DNA of 64,000 nucleotides from Minisyncoccia bacterium (GCA_049997875.1 JBEKRC010000001.1:172609-236608), one strand, 5' to 3'; numbered from the stretch's first letter, positions 1 through 9,317 are shown. A program made the numbers and translations. Notes: generated by a model from the sequence alone, not told the origin.

Positions 1-20
1 TATCTCAACTTGCGTTTGCT

Positions 21-743
21 GTGGCAGATAGCGGCTCTTTGTGGGGCCTCTGCCTGCCATGGCAAAACCCAGATTGCGTGGGGGAGCCTGCTGGCGTGCG
101 ATGGGTCCTTAAAAAGGACGAGTCGCAACATAAAGAAGGATGTGTTGCCATGAACAGCAATGTGTCTGATTTCAGTGTGGGCCTTGCCCACGAATTTTGC
201 ATCACCGCAGCGAAAGCCGGATTGACTCCGGGTGAAGTCGGTGAACTCGCCAAAAATGAAGAGATGCTACGTAAGTTTCGGCAAGTACTCCTCGGCTATT
301 CCGAAGTGAAAGCGATTGAGCACGTCATTGACCTCGACGCTTCCCCGTTCATTCCCGGCGACTGGAAGGTGGAAAAGCACCAGAGGGGCGGTTCCTTCAA
401 GTGGGACCCCAAGCAGGTGCAACTCTACCTCTCCCCGAACCAGCAGAACGGCAAGTCCATTGAGGGCAACAAGCTCCGTACGGAGCTTGAAGGGAAGCCG
501 GTCTTCAACGCCAACCTCCTCGATTACCTGCTCAAGAATCCACACCTCATTCCCGAGGAGTGGAAGCGGGACGAGCAGGGTCGTACCCACTACATATTTT
601 TCTGGGGTACGATTTACCGCAACTCCGGTGGCAACCTGTGTGTGCGTTGCCTCTATTGGGACGATGACGGGTGGGACTGGAACTACGACTGGCTTGGCCG
701 CGGCTGGCGCGTGCTCAGCCCTGCGGCTCTGCGCGCAAGTTAG
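21..743 (+). CDS. DGR variable (target) protein; C-terminal ~40 aa encoded by the VR. A GTG at 21 is in frame with no upstream stop to the window edge, so the gene may start upstream; an internal ATG lies at 150.
   Basis: The ORF track protein ends ...NSGGNLCVRCLYWDDDGWDWNYDWLGRGWRVLSPAALRAS. Its last 120 nt are a diverged copy of the downstream TR, differing only at TR adenines. The W/Y/G-rich C-terminus fits the usual C-type-lectin/FGE-like DGR target fold (inference). Confidence 0.6.
   Translation: MADSGSLWGLCLPWQNPDCVGEPAGVRWVLKKDESQHKEGCVAMNSNVSDFSVGLAHEFCITAAKAGLTPGEVGELAKNEEMLRKFRQVLLGYSEVKAIEHVIDLDASPFIPGDWKVEKHQRGGSFKWDPKQVQLYLSPNQQNGKSIEGNKLRTELEGKPVFNANLLDYLLKNPHLIPEEWKRDEQGRTHYIFFWGTIYRNSGGNLCVRCLYWDDDGWDWNYDWLGRGWRVLSPAALRAS
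617..736 (+). repeat. DGR variable repeat (VR), 120 nt, 3' end of the target gene
   Basis: Aligns base-for-base with 1081-1200. There are 16 mismatches and every one falls on an A in the TR copy (A to G, C or T here). The last 18 nt, ccctgcggctctgcgcgc, are identical in both (IMH-like GC-rich end). Confidence 0.85.
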
Positions 744-805
744 GCACTTTGGACTGGGACCATTTGCCCTTCTCGGACACTCAGTCCTTTGTCCTTTTAT
801 TTTCT

Positions 806-838
806 CCCCGTGCTTTGGCGTTATGCTGGAGCACGGGG
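806..838 (+). promoter_or_regulatory. GC-rich stem-loop about 70 nt downstream of VR (DGR homing hairpin/cruciform candidate)
   Basis: ccccgtgct ... agcacgggg forms a 9-bp perfect stem with a 15-nt loop. DGRs commonly carry such a hairpin just 3' of VR (established knowledge); its function here is inferred. Confidence 0.45.
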
Positions 839-1080
839 ATTTACTTTTTGCTACAATGAAGGCGGCAGTAGGTGAATACGCGGGCGGTTACGGCTTCCCG
901 CTACCGAACCCAGTATCCTTACGCCCGGAGCATCTCCGGTTACGGCTTGAGATGGAGTGGCGTATGAATCTGAAAAAGTGAAGATACTTGGTGTAGCGTG
1001 CTATGGCATTTCAATGCCGAATACGATACAGCCCGGAGAGTATTCGACGGGCAGTGGCGCGGACGGCACGCTATACGCAA

Positions 1081-1200
1081 CCGCAACTCCGATGGCAACC
1101 TGTATGTGCGTTACCTCTATTGGAACGATGACAGGTGGAACTGGAACTACAACTGGCTTGACAACGACTGGAACGTGAACAACCCTGCGGCTCTGCGCGC
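1081..1200 (+). repeat. DGR template repeat (TR), 120 nt, adenine-rich (many AAC codons)
   Basis: Same orientation as VR. It carries A at all 16 positions that differ from VR. It lies between the target gene and the RT, and the sequence diverges immediately after gcgcgc (tattcgc here versus aagttag after VR). Confidence 0.85.
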
Positions 1201-1224
1201 TATTCGCTTCGCTTCTCTCCCGTA

Positions 1225-1554
1225 TCACGCGGGGGAGTTTTGTTTTTGAATCTGGCGAATCCATCCGCCGAGCATCTTGCCGATTTCGTCAAGCTGTTCC
1301 GATATGAGAGCGTATTGCTTATTATCAATCGCCTTTATCTCCCAAGTAATTTGTAAAAAGAATTTTACGAGGTCGAGTTTCGCCGCAGCCCTCGGGAGAT
1401 ACTGCAATTTTTGATTGGAACCGAGATAGGCTGCCGTGAAGATAAAGTCAATTGTTTCCACGAGCAGGCCGTCAATTTTTACGCCAAGCGTGTATCGCGC
1501 GTCTTTCGGGACACGCGGCAGAAAACTGTGCCAGACCTTGTACGCCGCCACCAA
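1225..1554 (-). CDS. avd: Avd-like accessory variability determinant (four-helix-bundle / 23S rRNA IVS protein family), encoded antisense to TR and RT
   Basis: 109 aa. The C-terminus ...EQLDEIGKMLGGWIRQIQKQN resembles the Bordetella phage Avd C-terminus (...VGRILGSWIARVNRK) and the four-helix-bundle family. The stop (tca, reverse complement tga) lies 25 nt after the TR end. Strand was checked by hand translation. Confidence 0.65.
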   Translation of the reverse strand: MVAAYKVWHSFLPRVPKDARYTLGVKIDGLLVETIDFIFTAAYLGSNQKLQYLPRAAAKLDLVKFFLQITWEIKAIDNKQYALISEQLDEIGKMLGGWIRQIQKQNSPA

Positions 1555-1611
1555 GTGTTGGATGATGGGAAGCGTAAGGTGTCGGGGGGGGTTACGTGTG
1601 AATTTTTATCC

Positions 1612-2610
1612 ATGAAGATACGATTGGCCGGCGGCTTCGAGAAAATCGCCGCGCTGGAAAATTTATTGGAAGCGTGGCGCGAGTTTTTGCCCAGCAAGCG
1701 CAACAAGCGCGACGTGCAAGAGTTCCAACTGCGCCTGATGGATAACATTCTATCACTTCGCGCGGATATTTTGAACGGTACCTACCGCCACGGCGGATAC
1801 CATGCATTCAACATCTCCGATCCAAAACCTCGGAGTATCCACAAGGCGGCCGTCCGCGATCGGCTTCTCCACCATGCGATCTATCGCGTGCTCTATCCGT
1901 TCTTTGAGCGGACGTTCATCTCCGATTCCTTCTCGTGCCGCGATGAGAAGGGGAACCATGCCGCACTCAATCAGTTCCGTTCCTTCTTTCATAGTGTGAG
2001 CGAGAATAACACGAAAACCTGTTGGGTTTTGAAATGCGACATCCGTAAGTTCTTTGCGAATATCGACCACACTACCTTGCTCGCCATCCTGCATTCGTAC
2101 ATTTCTGACGGCGAAACGCTGTCGCTTCTGCAAGAGGTGATTGGAAGCTTCTCTTCTACTGCGCCCGGCGTGGGCCTTCCGCTCGGCAATCTCACCTCAC
2201 AGCTTTTCGTGAACGTTTATATGAACGAGTTTGACCAGTTCGTGAAGCACAAACTGAAGGTGAGGCATTATATCCGCTACGCCGATGATTTTGTGATTCT
2301 CTCAAGCAATCGTGAATGGCTCAAAATCATCCTGCCGGAGATGGATGCCTTCCTCTGCAATAATCTCAAGCTCACCATGCACCCCGAAAAGATATTTATG
2401 AAAACGGCAGCCTCTGGCGTTGATTTCCTCGGCTGGGTGCATTTTCCGGATCACTGTGTGCTGCGGACGGCGACGCGGCGCCGGATGGTAAAGCGGTTGC
2501 GGGTTGCGGGAGAGAGGCCGGAGGTGCGCGCTTCGTATCGGGGACTCCTTTCGCATGGCAATACCTATAAAATCACGCGTGAAGTTTTTGGGCCGCAAGC
2601 ATATAATTGA
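1612..2610 (+). CDS. DGR reverse transcriptase. The likely start is the ATG at 1612; the ORF is open from 1411 but that part overlaps avd.
   Basis: It has RT motifs including YADDFVIL. It has the DGR-specific LPLGNLTSQ ([I/L]GxxxSQ, in place of the group II intron QGxxxSP). Size is 333 aa, and it sits directly downstream of TR. Confidence 0.85.
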   Translation: MKIRLAGGFEKIAALENLLEAWREFLPSKRNKRDVQEFQLRLMDNILSLRADILNGTYRHGGYHAFNISDPKPRSIHKAAVRDRLLHHAIYRVLYPFFERTFISDSFSCRDEKGNHAALNQFRSFFHSVSENNTKTCWVLKCDIRKFFANIDHTTLLAILHSYISDGETLSLLQEVIGSFSSTAPGVGLPLGNLTSQLFVNVYMNEFDQFVKHKLKVRHYIRYADDFVILSSNREWLKIILPEMDAFLCNNLKLTMHPEKIFMKTAASGVDFLGWVHFPDHCVLRTATRRRMVKRLRVAGERPEVRASYRGLLSHGNTYKITREVFGPQAYN

Positions 2611-2613
2611 GAT

Positions 2614-3192
2614 ATGTTGTACAGCGTCGCGGGGAAGTTAACGCTGAAGTCGGATCATTTTGCGGTGGTTACCGCTGCGGGGTTGGGGATCAAGCTGTTT
2701 GCAAGCAAGCAAACGCTCAAGGCGCTCCCGGCGGTCGGGGCGGACGTGAAATTTTTCACCCACCTTTACGTGCGCGAGGACACACTGGACCTTTACGGGT
2801 TCTTGTCGGCCGAGGAGATGAACTTTTTTGAAATGCTGATCTCGGTTTCTGGCATCGGCCCGAAGTCGGCGCTCTCTATCTTGGACATCGCGCCATTGGG
2901 CGAGCTTTCGGCGGCGATAAAAGAAGGACGGCCGGATTTGCTCACGCGCGCGTCGGGCGTCGGCAGGAAGACCGCCGAGCGCGTGATTGTTGAGCTGCGG
3001 GGGAAGGTGGAATCGGCGAGATCGGGATTGGTCGTGGAAAAGATGGAGGGCGATGCGGACATCGTGGAGGCGCTTACGAGTCTTGGATATCGGCGCGAGG
3101 AGGCGCGCGCGGCGCTCGGGAAGGTTGATCCGAAAGTACGCGGCATGGAAGAGCGGCTCCGGGCGGCGCTCGGCGCGCTCGGGAAAAAATAA
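2614..3192 (+). CDS. ruvA: Holliday junction DNA helicase RuvA
   Basis: MLYSVAGKL... N-terminal OB domain, HhH (GIGPKSA), and a C-terminal domain ...YRREEARAAL. Confidence 0.9.
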   Translation: MLYSVAGKLTLKSDHFAVVTAAGLGIKLFASKQTLKALPAVGADVKFFTHLYVREDTLDLYGFLSAEEMNFFEMLISVSGIGPKSALSILDIAPLGELSAAIKEGRPDLLTRASGVGRKTAERVIVELRGKVESARSGLVVEKMEGDADIVEALTSLGYRREEARAALGKVDPKVRGMEERLRAALGALGKK

Positions 3193-3193
3193 A

Positions 3194-4513
3194 ATGGCGG
3201 CGATGGAAAAATTCAGGCGGTCGCGCATCGCACGGTTCTTCTACGATTCTCCGCGCCTTGTTTCGACGTACCATTTTCTTTGGGCGTGGCTCGGGGCGCT
3301 TTGGTATAGGCTGCCGGGCAGGAAAATTTTCGTGATCGGCGTCACGGGTACGAAAGGGAAAACGACGACGGTGGAGCTTTTAAATGCGATGCTTGAGGCG
3401 GCAGGAAAAAAGACCGCGTTACTTTCATCATTGCGCATCAAAATCGGGGAAACGAGCGAAAAGAATCCAGGCAGCAATTCCATGCCCGGACGCGCGCGCA
3501 TCCAACGCTTCCTCGCGGAGGCGGTACGGGCAGGGTGCCGTTATGCGATCATAGAGGTCACGTCGCAGGGCGTCACGCAGCACCGCCACCGCTTCATCAA
3601 TTGGAGAATCGCCGCCCTGACCAACCTTGCGCCGGAACATATTGAGTCCCACGGTTCCTTTGAGAATTATCGGCAGGCGAAACTGGACTTCTTGAACTAC
3701 GTGCTTGCGAGGGGCGGCAGGATATTTTTGAATCGCGACGACCAGCATTTTGGATTTTTCAGTAACGCGCTTTCGGCGCGGGAAATGCGATCATACTCTG
3801 CGGAAGACGAACGGATCGAAAAAGTTCTTGCGGAGGTTGGGGAGCCGAGCTTCGCGAGGCGGGCATCAGCGCCGCGGTTCGTTCTCACGCATTTCAATGC
3901 GCAGAATGCGGCGGCGGCGGTTGCGATCGCGATGGACCTCGAGGTTGATGAAGCGGCCATTGTACGCGCACTCACGTCCTTCCGCGGCGTTCCGGGGCGA
4001 ATGGAATTTTTGACGGAAGGTCCCTATACCGCGATCGTTGACTATGCGCACACACCCGATTCGCTCAAAGCAGCCTACGCGGCGGCGAAACCGAAGCCGA
4101 ATGCGAACTATCCCGACGCGCGCCTCATCTGCATCCTGGGTGCGGCGGGCGGCGGACGCGACAAGTGGAAACGGCCGGAGTTCGGAAAGATCGCCGCGAC
4201 GTATTGCGACGAGATCATTCTTACCGATGAGGATCCGTACGACGAGGACCCTGCGGAAATCATCCGCGAGATACGCGCGGGGATTTCAGACGATGATCTG
4301 GAATACGTTAACGTCTATGAAATATTGAACAGGCGGGAAGCGGTCAAGAAGGCATTCGCGCTCATGCGGGCCGGCGACGTTGTGATCGGCACGGGCAAAG
4401 GAAGCGAGGACTGGATTCATGTGGCGAGGGGAGAGAAAATTCCCTGGAACGAGCGGCAGGCGTTTGAGGAGGCGCTTGAGGAAAAAGACGCTGTGCGCTC
4501 CGCCGTATTATAA
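3194..4513 (+). CDS. Mur ligase family protein (MurE-like)
   Basis: GVTGTKGKTTT P-loop and EVTSQGVTQHRH (compare MurE EVSSHGLVQHR). The ATG is immediately after the ruvA stop. Shorter than canonical MurE. Confidence 0.7.
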   Translation: MAAMEKFRRSRIARFFYDSPRLVSTYHFLWAWLGALWYRLPGRKIFVIGVTGTKGKTTTVELLNAMLEAAGKKTALLSSLRIKIGETSEKNPGSNSMPGRARIQRFLAEAVRAGCRYAIIEVTSQGVTQHRHRFINWRIAALTNLAPEHIESHGSFENYRQAKLDFLNYVLARGGRIFLNRDDQHFGFFSNALSAREMRSYSAEDERIEKVLAEVGEPSFARRASAPRFVLTHFNAQNAAAAVAIAMDLEVDEAAIVRALTSFRGVPGRMEFLTEGPYTAIVDYAHTPDSLKAAYAAAKPKPNANYPDARLICILGAAGGGRDKWKRPEFGKIAATYCDEIILTDEDPYDEDPAEIIREIRAGISDDDLEYVNVYEILNRREAVKKAFALMRAGDVVIGTGKGSEDWIHVARGEKIPWNERQAFEEALEEKDAVRSAVL

Positions 4514-4524
4514 TTAATCCGAAT

Positions 4525-5877
4525 ATGAAACTTACCTTTTACGGCGGCGTGGGCGAAGTGACGGGCGCGAACTATCTTTTGGAATCCGGCCTGCCCGTGA
4601 CGAAGATCATGGTGGACTGCGGCCTGCACCAAGGAAGCCACTATGCCGAGCGGCGGAACTTTGACCCGTTCCCGTACGACCCAAAAGATGCCGCCGCCGT
4701 CTTCATCACGCACTCCCATCTTGACCATACGGGCCGCCTTCCTTCGCTCGTCCGCGCTGGGTTCCACGGCACGGTCTATTCCACCGCGGCGACGAAGGAT
4801 TTCGCGGAGCTCATGCTTCTTGATTCCGAACACATTCTTCAGACAGAAGCGGAACGCGAAAAGAAACCGCCGCTCTACACGACGGAAGACATCATGCAAC
4901 TGCGCACTCGCTGGCGGGGCCTTCGCTATCATGAGCCCGTCACCGTGGGAGCGTTCACCGCCGAACTTTTTGACGCAGGGCACATTTTGGGCTCCGCGAG
5001 CATACGGATAAAAGCCGAAGGGAAGACGATCGTCTTTTCGGGAGACCTCGGCAATTCGCCGTCACCGATCATTCAACCGACGGAAAAATTAAGCGAGGCG
5101 GATTACTGCGTGATTGAATCAACCTATGGTGACCGTGTGCACGAGAACGTGGATAAGCGCAGGGAGCAGCTTGAGGACGTGGTAGAGGATACGGTGAAGT
5201 CCGGCGGCACGCTTATGATCCCAACGTTCGCAATGGAGCGCACGCAGGAGCTGCTCTATCATCTTCACCAGCTGTTTGAAGAAGGGCGCATCCCGCGCGT
5301 GCCGGTCTTCATTGATAGTCCGCTTGCGATCAAGCTCACGGCGGTCTACAAAAAGTACGAAAGTTATTTCAATTCCGAAACGGCGCACATCGCGAAATCC
5401 GGCGACGATATTTTAAACTTTCCCGGCTTGCATCTTACGCTTACAACCGAACAATCAAAAGAGATCAATGGCGTACCGCCGCCGAAGGTGGTCATCGCGG
5501 GTTCCGGCATGTCAAACGGCGGGCGCATCCTGCATCACGAAATGCGCTATCTTCCCGATCCAAAGAGCACGATCCTTTTCATTGGATATCAAGGAAAGGG
5601 CACGCTCGGGCGCGAGATTCTTGATGGGGCGAAGGAGGTCAGGATTTTCGGCACGACAGTTCCCGTGCGCTGTAAAAAAGTGAACATCCCCGGTTACTCC
5701 GCGCACGCCGACCAGCCGCTCCTCATGGCGTGGCTTTCCCCCATGCGCCATTCGCTCAAAAAAGTGTTCGTCGTGCAGGGTGAAGAAGGGGCCAGTGAGG
5801 CGCTCGCGCAAAAAATCAGAGACGAGCTCGCGGTGGCCGTCGAGGTGCCGAAAGAAAAGGAATCGGTTATCATTTGA
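4525..5877 (+). CDS. MBL-fold beta-CASP RNA-metabolising hydrolase
   Basis: HSHLDHTG metallo-beta-lactamase motif, beta-CASP-like middle region, and RNA-specificity C-terminal domain. Confidence 0.8.
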   Translation: MKLTFYGGVGEVTGANYLLESGLPVTKIMVDCGLHQGSHYAERRNFDPFPYDPKDAAAVFITHSHLDHTGRLPSLVRAGFHGTVYSTAATKDFAELMLLDSEHILQTEAEREKKPPLYTTEDIMQLRTRWRGLRYHEPVTVGAFTAELFDAGHILGSASIRIKAEGKTIVFSGDLGNSPSPIIQPTEKLSEADYCVIESTYGDRVHENVDKRREQLEDVVEDTVKSGGTLMIPTFAMERTQELLYHLHQLFEEGRIPRVPVFIDSPLAIKLTAVYKKYESYFNSETAHIAKSGDDILNFPGLHLTLTTEQSKEINGVPPPKVVIAGSGMSNGGRILHHEMRYLPDPKSTILFIGYQGKGTLGREILDGAKEVRIFGTTVPVRCKKVNIPGYSAHADQPLLMAWLSPMRHSLKKVFVVQGEEGASEALAQKIRDELAVAVEVPKEKESVII

Positions 5878-6494
5878 ATATGCCCCAGGAGCTTTCAAAA
5901 ACCTACCTCAAGTACAAAATCTGCGTTTCCGGTTCCGCCGTGACGGATGCCGCGGCGCAGGGGACGCTTCTGAAGGCCGAAGCGCTCGGCCGTATGATCG
6001 CGGAGCGCGGGATGGTGCTCGTGACGGGCGCCACGACCGGCATTCCGTACTGGGCCGCAAAAGGAGCGAAGGAAGCAGGGGGCATCGTGATCGGACTTTC
6101 ACCGGCCGTTTCAAAACTCGCGCACATAAAAACGTATCATTTGCCAATTGATTATCACGACCTCATTATCTACACCGGTTTTGATTATTCCGGACGCAAC
6201 CTGCTCCTCACGCGCACGGCCGACGCCGTGATTACGATCTGCGGTCGCGTGGGAACCTTGAACGAATTTACCATCGCGTTTGAGGATAAAAAACCGCAGG
6301 GGGTTTTGACGGGCACCGGCGGGGAAAGCGATGAGATTGAGCATATTCTGAAGATTGCGCATCGCGGCACGGGAAGAGTGGTCTTTGACCCCGATCCGAA
6401 GTCGCTTTTGGATAAAGTGGTTGCGATGGTTGAAGCGGAAGAAAAAGAGGTGGATCCCGAGGGATTTCAATCTTCTGCACAAAGGTCGCAGTAA
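5874..6494 (+). CDS. LOG-family / TIGR00725-like Rossmann-fold nucleotide-binding protein
   Basis: TGATTGIPYWAAKGAKEAGG and CGRVGTLNEF resemble the LOG/SLOG GGGxGxMG and PGGxGTxxE motifs. Confidence 0.55.
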   Translation: MNMPQELSKTYLKYKICVSGSAVTDAAAQGTLLKAEALGRMIAERGMVLVTGATTGIPYWAAKGAKEAGGIVIGLSPAVSKLAHIKTYHLPIDYHDLIIYTGFDYSGRNLLLTRTADAVITICGRVGTLNEFTIAFEDKKPQGVLTGTGGESDEIEHILKIAHRGTGRVVFDPDPKSLLDKVVAMVEAEEKEVDPEGFQSSAQRSQ

Positions 6495-6516
6495 AAAAAT
6501 AAAATCAAAATATCAA

Positions 6517-6789
6517 ATGGCTGCCAAGGGATCTTCAAAAGAGCCAAAACCGATCGGAGAGGTCGTGCATTTTTATAACAAGATCGGTGTCGCCATCGTG
6601 AAGTTCAACAAAGTGGTTCCCGCAGGGACAAAACTTGCATTCAAGGGTGCGACGACGGACTTTGAGGAAGTGGCGGGGTCCATGCAGTATGACCACAAAG
6701 CGATTGACAAGGCACCCAAAGGCGAGCAGGTGGGCATCAAGGTGAGCGAAAAAGTTCACGAGGGGGATTCGGTCTATCTCGCCGAATGA
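6517..6789 (+). CDS. small hypothetical protein (90 aa, beta-rich)
   Basis: The ORF is ATG-initiated and tightly packed between neighbours. No domain recognised with certainty. Confidence 0.4.
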   Translation: MAAKGSSKEPKPIGEVVHFYNKIGVAIVKFNKVVPAGTKLAFKGATTDFEEVAGSMQYDHKAIDKAPKGEQVGIKVSEKVHEGDSVYLAE

Positions 6790-7901
6790 AGTCGGCGCAG
6801 GGCGGGTTTTTCAAAGTCGCCGCGATCGTTGCGGCGGCGACGGTGGGAGACGGCGTGTTTGCATTGCCGTACGTGTTCATGCAATCGGGCTGGCTCGTCG
6901 GCCTTTTTTATTTGGTCGTGCTCGCGGTTTTTGTGAGCGCGGCGCACGTGGTCTATTTAAAAACACTTGAGAAGATCGGCGAGAGGGAGCGGCTCCTCGG
7001 GCTCGTAAAACAATACTTCGGCCGCGGCGGGTTCTGGGTCGGATTTGTGGCGATCGTGCTTGGTCTTCTCCTCACGCTCGTCGCCTATCTTATCCTCGGC
7101 ATGCAATTTATCCATCTTGCGTTCCCCTCGGTTGCGATGGGCGTCGCGCTCCTCGTCTTCTGGCTTTTTACCGCCATCACTGTTTTTGCAAGCGATCGGC
7201 GCGTGGTTAAACTGGAGCTTGTGGGCATTACCTGCACGTCCGCGATCATCATTTTTATTTTTGTGACTGCGTGGCCGTCCATTACCTTCGCGGGGGTTCC
7301 CGCTATTAATTTCCAAAATTTGTTTTTGCCGTTCGGCGCCATTCTCTTTGCGCTTGCGGGGTGGACGAGCGTGGAGCCGGCATATGAATCGCGCAAAAAG
7401 ACCGGCGCATTGTCCGATCCGTGGCGCGCGCTTGCCGGCGGGACCTTCTTCGTAGCGTTGCTGTATATGCTTTTTACGTCAGGGATCCTCGGATCCGCGC
7501 CCACAATCGCGTCCGATACCATCTCGGGCCTTACCCAGTGGCCCGTTTGGAAAAAGGAGATCCTTGTGCTCTTTGGATTGCTCGCCGTCGCGACCGTTTA
7601 CATGCCCGTCTCGCACGAGATAAAGAACGCGCTGGAGCATGACCTCGGATGGAGCAAGTTCGCATCCCGTTCTTTGATCCTCTTCCTCCCCGTCATCTTG
7701 ATCGGCCTTGGACTAAATAATTTTTTGGTGGTCGTAGGGCTCGTCGGAGGCCTCTTTATCAGCGTGCAATACCTCCTCATCATTTCGATCGGCCGCCGTG
7801 TCCTTGCCCTTTCCGCCGCGAAAAAGTTCTTTCTTGACCTCGTCGCCGCGATATTCGTGATCGCCGCCGTTTACGAAGCGTGGACGTTTGTAGTACACTA
7901 G
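6786..7901 (+). CDS. polytopic membrane protein, amino-acid-permease-like
   Basis: 371 aa, about 10-11 hydrophobic helices. Start overlaps the upstream stop. Confidence 0.55.
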   Translation: MKSAQGGFFKVAAIVAAATVGDGVFALPYVFMQSGWLVGLFYLVVLAVFVSAAHVVYLKTLEKIGERERLLGLVKQYFGRGGFWVGFVAIVLGLLLTLVAYLILGMQFIHLAFPSVAMGVALLVFWLFTAITVFASDRRVVKLELVGITCTSAIIIFIFVTAWPSITFAGVPAINFQNLFLPFGAILFALAGWTSVEPAYESRKKTGALSDPWRALAGGTFFVALLYMLFTSGILGSAPTIASDTISGLTQWPVWKKEILVLFGLLAVATVYMPVSHEIKNALEHDLGWSKFASRSLILFLPVILIGLGLNNFLVVVGLVGGLFISVQYLLIISIGRRVLALSAAKKFFLDLVAAIFVIAAVYEAWTFVVH

Positions 7902-7912
7902 GGACGTTATAG

Positions 7913-7984
7913 CCCTCGTAGTTCAACGGATAGGACGTCTCCCTCCGAAGGAGAAGATTGAGGTTCAATTCCTCACGAGGGCAC
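7913..7984 (+). tRNA. tRNA-Arg (anticodon CCG)
   Basis: Hand-folded. Acceptor gccctcg/cgagggc, D arm gttc..ggac, anticodon stem tctcc/ggaga with loop ctCCGaa, and T arm tgagg-TTCAATT-cctca. CCA is not encoded. Confidence 0.8.
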
Positions 7985-7987
7985 AGA

Positions 7988-8062
7988 CAACAAGAACACT
8001 CCTTCTCGCTCGTGCGAAGACGAATTCGCGAGAAGGAGTGTTCTTGTTGTTTTTGTTTTCTT
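7988..8062 (+). terminator. intrinsic terminator (23-bp perfect stem plus T-run)
   Basis: acaacaagaacactccttctcgc ... gcgagaaggagtgttcttgttgt followed by ttttgttttcttt. Confidence 0.6.
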
Positions 8063-8091
8063 TGAGGGGAATTGAACGGAGGGGTGGGTCG

Positions 8092-8207
8092 GAGGGGACG
8101 GTACGTCCCCTCCGTGAAGGAGGGCCGCGTTCTTACGCGGCAGTTCGGCACCGTGGGTGCCGAAAGCGCAGGCCGATCTTATCGGCCGAGCAGTGAAATT
8201 CCTCACG
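8092..8207 (+). other. cluster of four consecutive perfect hairpins ending in a decayed tRNA-Arg 3'-end copy (R1)
   Basis: Four hairpins: ggaggggacg-gta-cgtcccctcc; ccgcg-ttctta-cgcgg; cggcacc-gtg-ggtgccg; ggccgat-ctt-atcggcc. They are followed by gagcagtgaaattcctcacg (compare the tRNA 3' end gaggttcaattcctcacgagggca). Confidence 0.4.
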
Positions 8208-8268
8208 CCAGTAAATAGGAGTTGTTTAAGGCTTGAATAATGCAGTTATAGTAGTAATATGATTAATA

Positions 8269-9198
8269 ATGATTGAGGGAAGCAAATTGGACTTTCTTAA
8301 AACGATTGCAGAAAAAGAGGGCGCGGCCGTTATAACCTTTATAGCGTCTGATAAGGTTGTCCGTATCAACCCAGCGAGTTATGACACTACGTCGATATCG
8401 ACGAACGACGCTTACGAGCTTGAAAAAGTTATAGATGAATCATGTAGGGGAATCGATAAGGCGTTTATGTTGCTTCACTCACCCGGAGGCAGTCTCACGG
8501 CATCTTACAATATAGCTCGCTTTCTACAGAAACGCTTCAAACACTTGCATATCTTTGTGCCTTATGAAGCGGCAAGTGGCGCGACGTTGATGTCTCTTGC
8601 TGCCAATAAGATTACTCTTGGTGATTTAGGATATTTGACGCCGATTGATCCACAACTTTCGTATAAAGGGGGATGGGTTTCCAGTTATGGCATAGTCGAG
8701 GAAGTGGACATGTTGGAGAAAAAATTTAAGAACATGCGGCCAGAGGAGATGCCTATTCCATGGAAGCAAATGGCCGAGAAGCTTGATATCGTGCTATACC
8801 GCGAGATGGATACTCTTGTTTGGGAAGCCCAAGAGTATGCTGTCAAATTACTAAAAGGTGCAGGCTATAACGACGATGTAGCGAGAGCTGTAGCGTATCG
8901 ATTGGCGCGGACACCATACAGCCACGGTCATTGCTTTGGGAGGGAAGAGTGCGAGGCGATGAAGCTAAATATAGATAGCAGTGGAAAGTCTGTCGGATAT
9001 TTACTTGAGATGAAAAAGTTAATCTCGATTGTCAATGAAGAAGAGGGACTCGGGGTTGGGCACTTCATTCGGGCTGTTACTCCAGGTAAAAATAATCAAT
9101 CAGCGGCAGGCTCTTCGCTCGCTGCACCAAAAGAGGGAGGAACGCAGACACACACACGGTCATTAAAAAGAACGGCTATAGCTCGCAAGAAATCGTAA
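8269..9198 (+). CDS. ClpP/SppA-fold serine protease (SDH-family, S49-like)
   Basis: HSPGGSL ... ASGATLMSLAANK resembles the ClpP/S49 active-site serine region. AT-richer than the backbone. Confidence 0.55.
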   Translation: MIEGSKLDFLKTIAEKEGAAVITFIASDKVVRINPASYDTTSISTNDAYELEKVIDESCRGIDKAFMLLHSPGGSLTASYNIARFLQKRFKHLHIFVPYEAASGATLMSLAANKITLGDLGYLTPIDPQLSYKGGWVSSYGIVEEVDMLEKKFKNMRPEEMPIPWKQMAEKLDIVLYREMDTLVWEAQEYAVKLLKGAGYNDDVARAVAYRLARTPYSHGHCFGREECEAMKLNIDSSGKSVGYLLEMKKLISIVNEEEGLGVGHFIRAVTPGKNNQSAAGSSLAAPKEGGTQTHTRSLKRTAIARKKS

Positions 9199-9283
9199 AT
9201 TGAAAACTGCTTGGTTCAAACTACTCACGTAGGATTTGGTTTGTTGTAGTTACCCCAAGGAATGCCGCCGCCTTGCAAGTGCC

Positions 9284-9306
9284 GAGCAGTGAAATTCCTC
9301 ACGAGG
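9284..9306 (+). repeat. decayed copy of tRNA-Arg 3' end (R2, att-like)
   Basis: gagcagtgaaattcctcacgaggg shares aattcctcacgaggg (15 nt) with the tRNA 3' end. Confidence 0.5.
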
Positions 9307-9317
9307 GACAATCCTAC

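Noticed and set aside
316-1249. ORFs 316-981, 957-1178 and 998-1249 (+) spanning the VR-TR interval
   Set aside because: These are alternative-frame or TR-copy translations (TGGTGTTTG-type low complexity). The TR looks coding only because it is a copy of the VR. No independent support.
1411-1611. N-terminal extension of the RT ORF (MIGTEIGCRE...)
   Set aside because: It overlaps the antisense avd gene almost completely. The RT domain proper begins after the ATG at 1612.
2638-3228. 196-aa minus-strand ORF antisense to ruvA
   Set aside because: Arg-rich antisense ORF in a GC-rich gene. ruvA on the + strand is unambiguous.
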